Part shown: positions 32,824-33,502 of the stretch, piece by piece
How positions within the stretch are numbered: position 1 is the first letter of the stretch
Layout of the letters: each line of letters begins with the position of its first letter
DNA from: Octopus bimaculoides
Lineage: Eukaryota
Direction of reading: 5' to 3'
Assembly (NCBI RefSeq): GCF_001194135.2
Contig: NC_068997.1
Span: forward strand, 34,076,151-34,109,652
Length of the DNA: 33,502 bases
The notes under the pieces: generated by a model
Told to the model about the DNA's origin: nothing
The model's database searches: none
What the model saw: only the letters and a program-made list of their open reading frames with translations
Program-made: the position numbers and the translations under genes

Positions 32824-33036
32824 CCCACACGCGATAGCAGTTGTTCGACGTAAGCCCACAGCTCGGAAATGGTGGGACACTGTATTTCCGAGCTGTGGGC
32901 TTACGTCGAACAACTGCTATCGCGTGTGGGACGAGTCGGTCTATCAGCCGAGTCTATCGTGAATATTGTCGCGTCTCCTTCCTTTAAACGGGAAGGAAGA
33001 GCTATTTTCATCGTACTTGTGGCTATGGCGAAAGAT
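32824..33036 (+). pseudogene. L1/Tx1-clade ORF2 fragment with a head-to-head inverted duplication
   Basis: Plus frame ISELWAYVEQLLSRVGRVGLSAESIVNIVASPSFKREGRAIFIVLVAMAK is homologous to about 29860-29990. 32824-32870 is the exact reverse complement of 32884-32930. Confidence 0.75.
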
Positions 33037-33180
33037 AGGCAGATAGATAAGTAATTGAATAGATAAATAGACAGATAGAGGGATAGGTAGAAAAATAGAT
33101 AAGTAGATAGATTGATACACAGATTGATAAATAGATTGACAAATAGATAGATTGATAGATAGATCAATAAATAGATAAAT
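33037..33180. repeat. Degenerate (GATA)n tract
   Basis: Direct sequence. Confidence 0.85.
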
Positions 33181-33281
33181 ATAATTAATTTTCTAGCCGT
33201 CATCCGTCAAGACAATAATAGATAGGTTGAAGGGTGGTTGTATTGATATCTTAACGGATTACAGAAAGAAAATTACTTCTG

Positions 33282-33333
<52 letters not shown>

Positions 33334-33380
33334 CCAACCAATCAATCAATCAATCAATCAGTCAATCAATCAATCAAACA

Positions 33381-33465
<85 letters not shown>
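33282..33465. repeat. (CAAT)n followed by (CTAT)n microsatellites
   Basis: Direct sequence. Confidence 0.92.
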
Positions 33466-33502
33466 CACGTACATACATACAGGTTTACATGTGTATCATA
33501 CA

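Overview
AT-rich eukaryotic genomic DNA from a gapped draft assembly, with 12 N-runs totalling about 4.1 kb, most of them next to microsatellites. The SINE families and extreme microsatellite density point to a cephalopod, most likely Octopus; this is pattern recognition, not a database search. I cannot support any host protein-coding gene, and most ORFs in the supplied track are microsatellite or N-gap artefacts. The window is a patchwork of repeats: three or four tRNA-derived SINE families, two Tc1-like transposons with DD36E spacing (one complete, 1231 bp, with 31-bp TIRs and TA flanks), Penelope-like RT and GIY-YIG remnants, an R4/Dong-clade LINE remnant, L1/Tx1-clade fragments with inversions, Helitron/Helentron-like ends and palindromic MITE-like elements. 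The main find is a type I hammerhead ribozyme motif at 17248-17306. It sits at the tip of a nested rod of about 135 nt, inside a 225-nt unit bounded by 27-bp direct repeats, directly after two large hairpin elements. This resembles a retrozyme or a Penelope pseudo-LTR module.
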